Source: Raillietiella orientalis
Lineage: Eukaryota
Direction of reading: 5' to 3'
DNA length: 64,000 nt
Assembly (NCBI GenBank): GCA_036172245.1
Contig: JAYWIR010000015.1
Location: 1,550,001-1,614,000, forward strand
Below are positions 62,401 to 64,000 of the stretch, one piece after another; the stretch's first letter is position 1, and every line of letters begins with the position of its first letter. The notes beneath the pieces were generated by a model, which was not told the origin of the DNA, did not search any database, and saw nothing but the letters and a program-made list of their open reading frames with translations. Both the position numbers and the translations under genes were made by a program.

Positions 62401-64000
62401 TGCGGCGGAATGGTTTTCTCTGTTGTTGTGCGTGGAAATCGGATCGCAAAGTGCACTTCCTCCGGGGACCACTTGTCTTGTCACGGTCACCATTTTCGGC
62501 TAAGCATGCTGATTTGTTTTTGTTTTTGTTTTTTTGTTTTTTTTTTTTTTCCCATGCAGCCGCGGCTGATCCACTCCTCAGTGTTGCCACGCCTGACGAA
62601 ATTTCGGCACTGTCGATTCGGACGTTGCGCTTGATGCGCATGTTGCATCGGTTTGGGGATGACCACCGTGTATCACGAGGCGTCGCGACCAGCATTGGGG
62701 GATATGGAAACGAGACAGCAACCCGCTCCAGACGAGACGCTTCTCCGCACGCGAGAGAGGAAGCTTTATCTCCGCAACCCGAAAGGTGTGGGACGTGGGC
62801 AAAAGCAGGACCGCGTTGAGCGCAGATTCCCACGAGAGGAGAATCGAGCGTCCTTCGCGTCTCTCTCCTATTTCTGAAGCCCCGCCGAAGCGCGCCAGCC
62901 CGGCCAGTCGATCCGCCTGTCGAGTTGACGGACGTTGCTCAAGCAGCCTCCCCTTGGCGCCGGAATAACTCCCTCCTTTTCGGGACGCTAAAACCTGCAC
63001 CGTATCTCGTGGGAAGAGTTGCACCACGTAGTGGCAGCAGCTGAACCAAATCATTTCGTGATGGCGCTACTTGCACTGATGAGTCGTTGTCCTTGCTCAG
63101 GGGGAAAAAAAAAAAAAAGGATTTCTTCTCCCAAAGACATCACGTAAGATGGGGGCTCCTTCTGCTTTTCCCGGGGATTTGCCCAACATGACACCCACCA
63201 ACATCTTAACACCACACCGAACAGGATACCTCCCTAAGACGACCTGAGTCTGTGTCCAAAGCTCTCATCTGAAGCGCAGTATGCAAGGATCCAGAGTAGC
63301 AAACCTTCCTCGACTACATCTTGCCTTTGTTTCCTCCAGGAGAACCTGATCTCGGAGAAAATTGGTCCTTTGTCTTCCATGGCGCTGCCTTCTCCTAATG
63401 GCAGTGAGATCAGCGATCCGGACTCTGGAATCCAAGCCGACGTCCAGAAGAGCGGGAACCCGGAATTACCTCAGCACAAACTCCTTCGCCGCAACCTAGA
63501 AGAGTCCGTGCTCTGCTCCAGCCAGGACCAGGAGGAAGAGAGCTTCGAATCCTTTGGCAGTCTCGGTCCAGCCTCTCTTCCCCCTGCGGTCAACTCCTCC
63601 TTGTCATCCCGCCATTCCTGGATGCGCAGTAGTCTCCGCAAGTCGCCCAAGTAAGTGCTGACCTCTTCAACTCACCCTCCGCTCTCCTTTCCGCTATGCA
63701 CTACAGGAGCAAGGCACCGCCGCCAACCAGGTAGGTCCGTCGGGAGGGGAGTGGGCCGATCGAGGTTCTACAGGAGCGGGGCAGTGATCTGTACGCCGCC
63801 GGAGCATACTCGGGGCGCAGCAGCACCGGAGAGGTGGACGAGAGCTACTCGGACGGCTCCATAGAGGATGTGCAAGCGTTAACCGAAAAGGTGAGAGAAT
63901 GCCCGGCTGGCTATCCTGCCGTAATTAGCATGGATATTCACCACCTCAGGTGTCTCACCTACAGCAGCGCATGGACATGGTAGCCACTCAACAGCAGCGC
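48930..64000 (+). CDS. nuf: Rab11 family-interacting protein 3/4 (nuclear fallout-like) with N-terminal EF-hand pair; 3'-incomplete
   Basis: Exons 48930-49088 (MKFPES...MRNVFDLCDHERKGYISVHQFVSL), 51160-51259 (LAQKLDPDGEGAISFNDF), 59848-59894, 63340-63650 (...SWMRSSLRKSP), 63707-63730, about 63785-63890 (GRSSTGEVDESYSDGSIEDVQALTEK) and 63950->64000 (VSHLQQRMDMVA, coiled-coil start). The EF-hands match the FIP3/FIP4 N-terminus. One junction (63731-63784) is ambiguous. Confidence 0.88.
53450..53900 (+). mobile_element. Possible decayed LINE ORF2 3' fragment (intronic)
   Basis: EEELARKFGWQVRSQRR resembles the LINE C-terminal L..LGW..L..RR motif; little else is recognisable. Confidence 0.25.
55700..56700 (-). 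mobile_element. Possible decayed LINE RT fragment (intronic)
   Basis: QQVTRRFWHVL (like AFDRV...LW..L), then STISQPFCWQGDCL (RT QGD motif), then YRNLGSY (like YLG), in RT order. Confidence 0.35.

Overview
Animal genomic DNA, probably arthropod judging by the protein sequences, with unusually small spliceosomal introns (mostly 39-59 nt). Three genes can be rebuilt exon by exon. (1) Kidins220/ARMS on the minus strand: ankyrin repeats plus a KAP NTPase with a TM block; 17 traced exons, about 916 codons, 13544 to 6485, with the 3' part beyond a TE-filled intron and the left edge. (2) Proteasome lid subunit PSMD7/Rpn8 on the minus strand: 5 exons, 321 aa. (3) An EF-hand Rab11-FIP3/4 (nuf-like) gene on the plus strand, from 48930 past the right edge. 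A GC/CpG-rich island of about 12 kb (about 14.2-26.4 kb) lies upstream of Kidins220. It appears to hold several alternative first exons and an inverted duplication of a promoter-like module. At 37.6-42.7 kb, two decayed L1/Tx1-type LINEs sit tail-to-tail and share a 3' motif; the larger one is flanked by tRNA-like sequence. Other decayed Ty3/gypsy and LINE fragments fill introns and intergenic DNA. Most entries in the ORF track are spurious. All homology calls come from motif recognition by eye; no searches were run.
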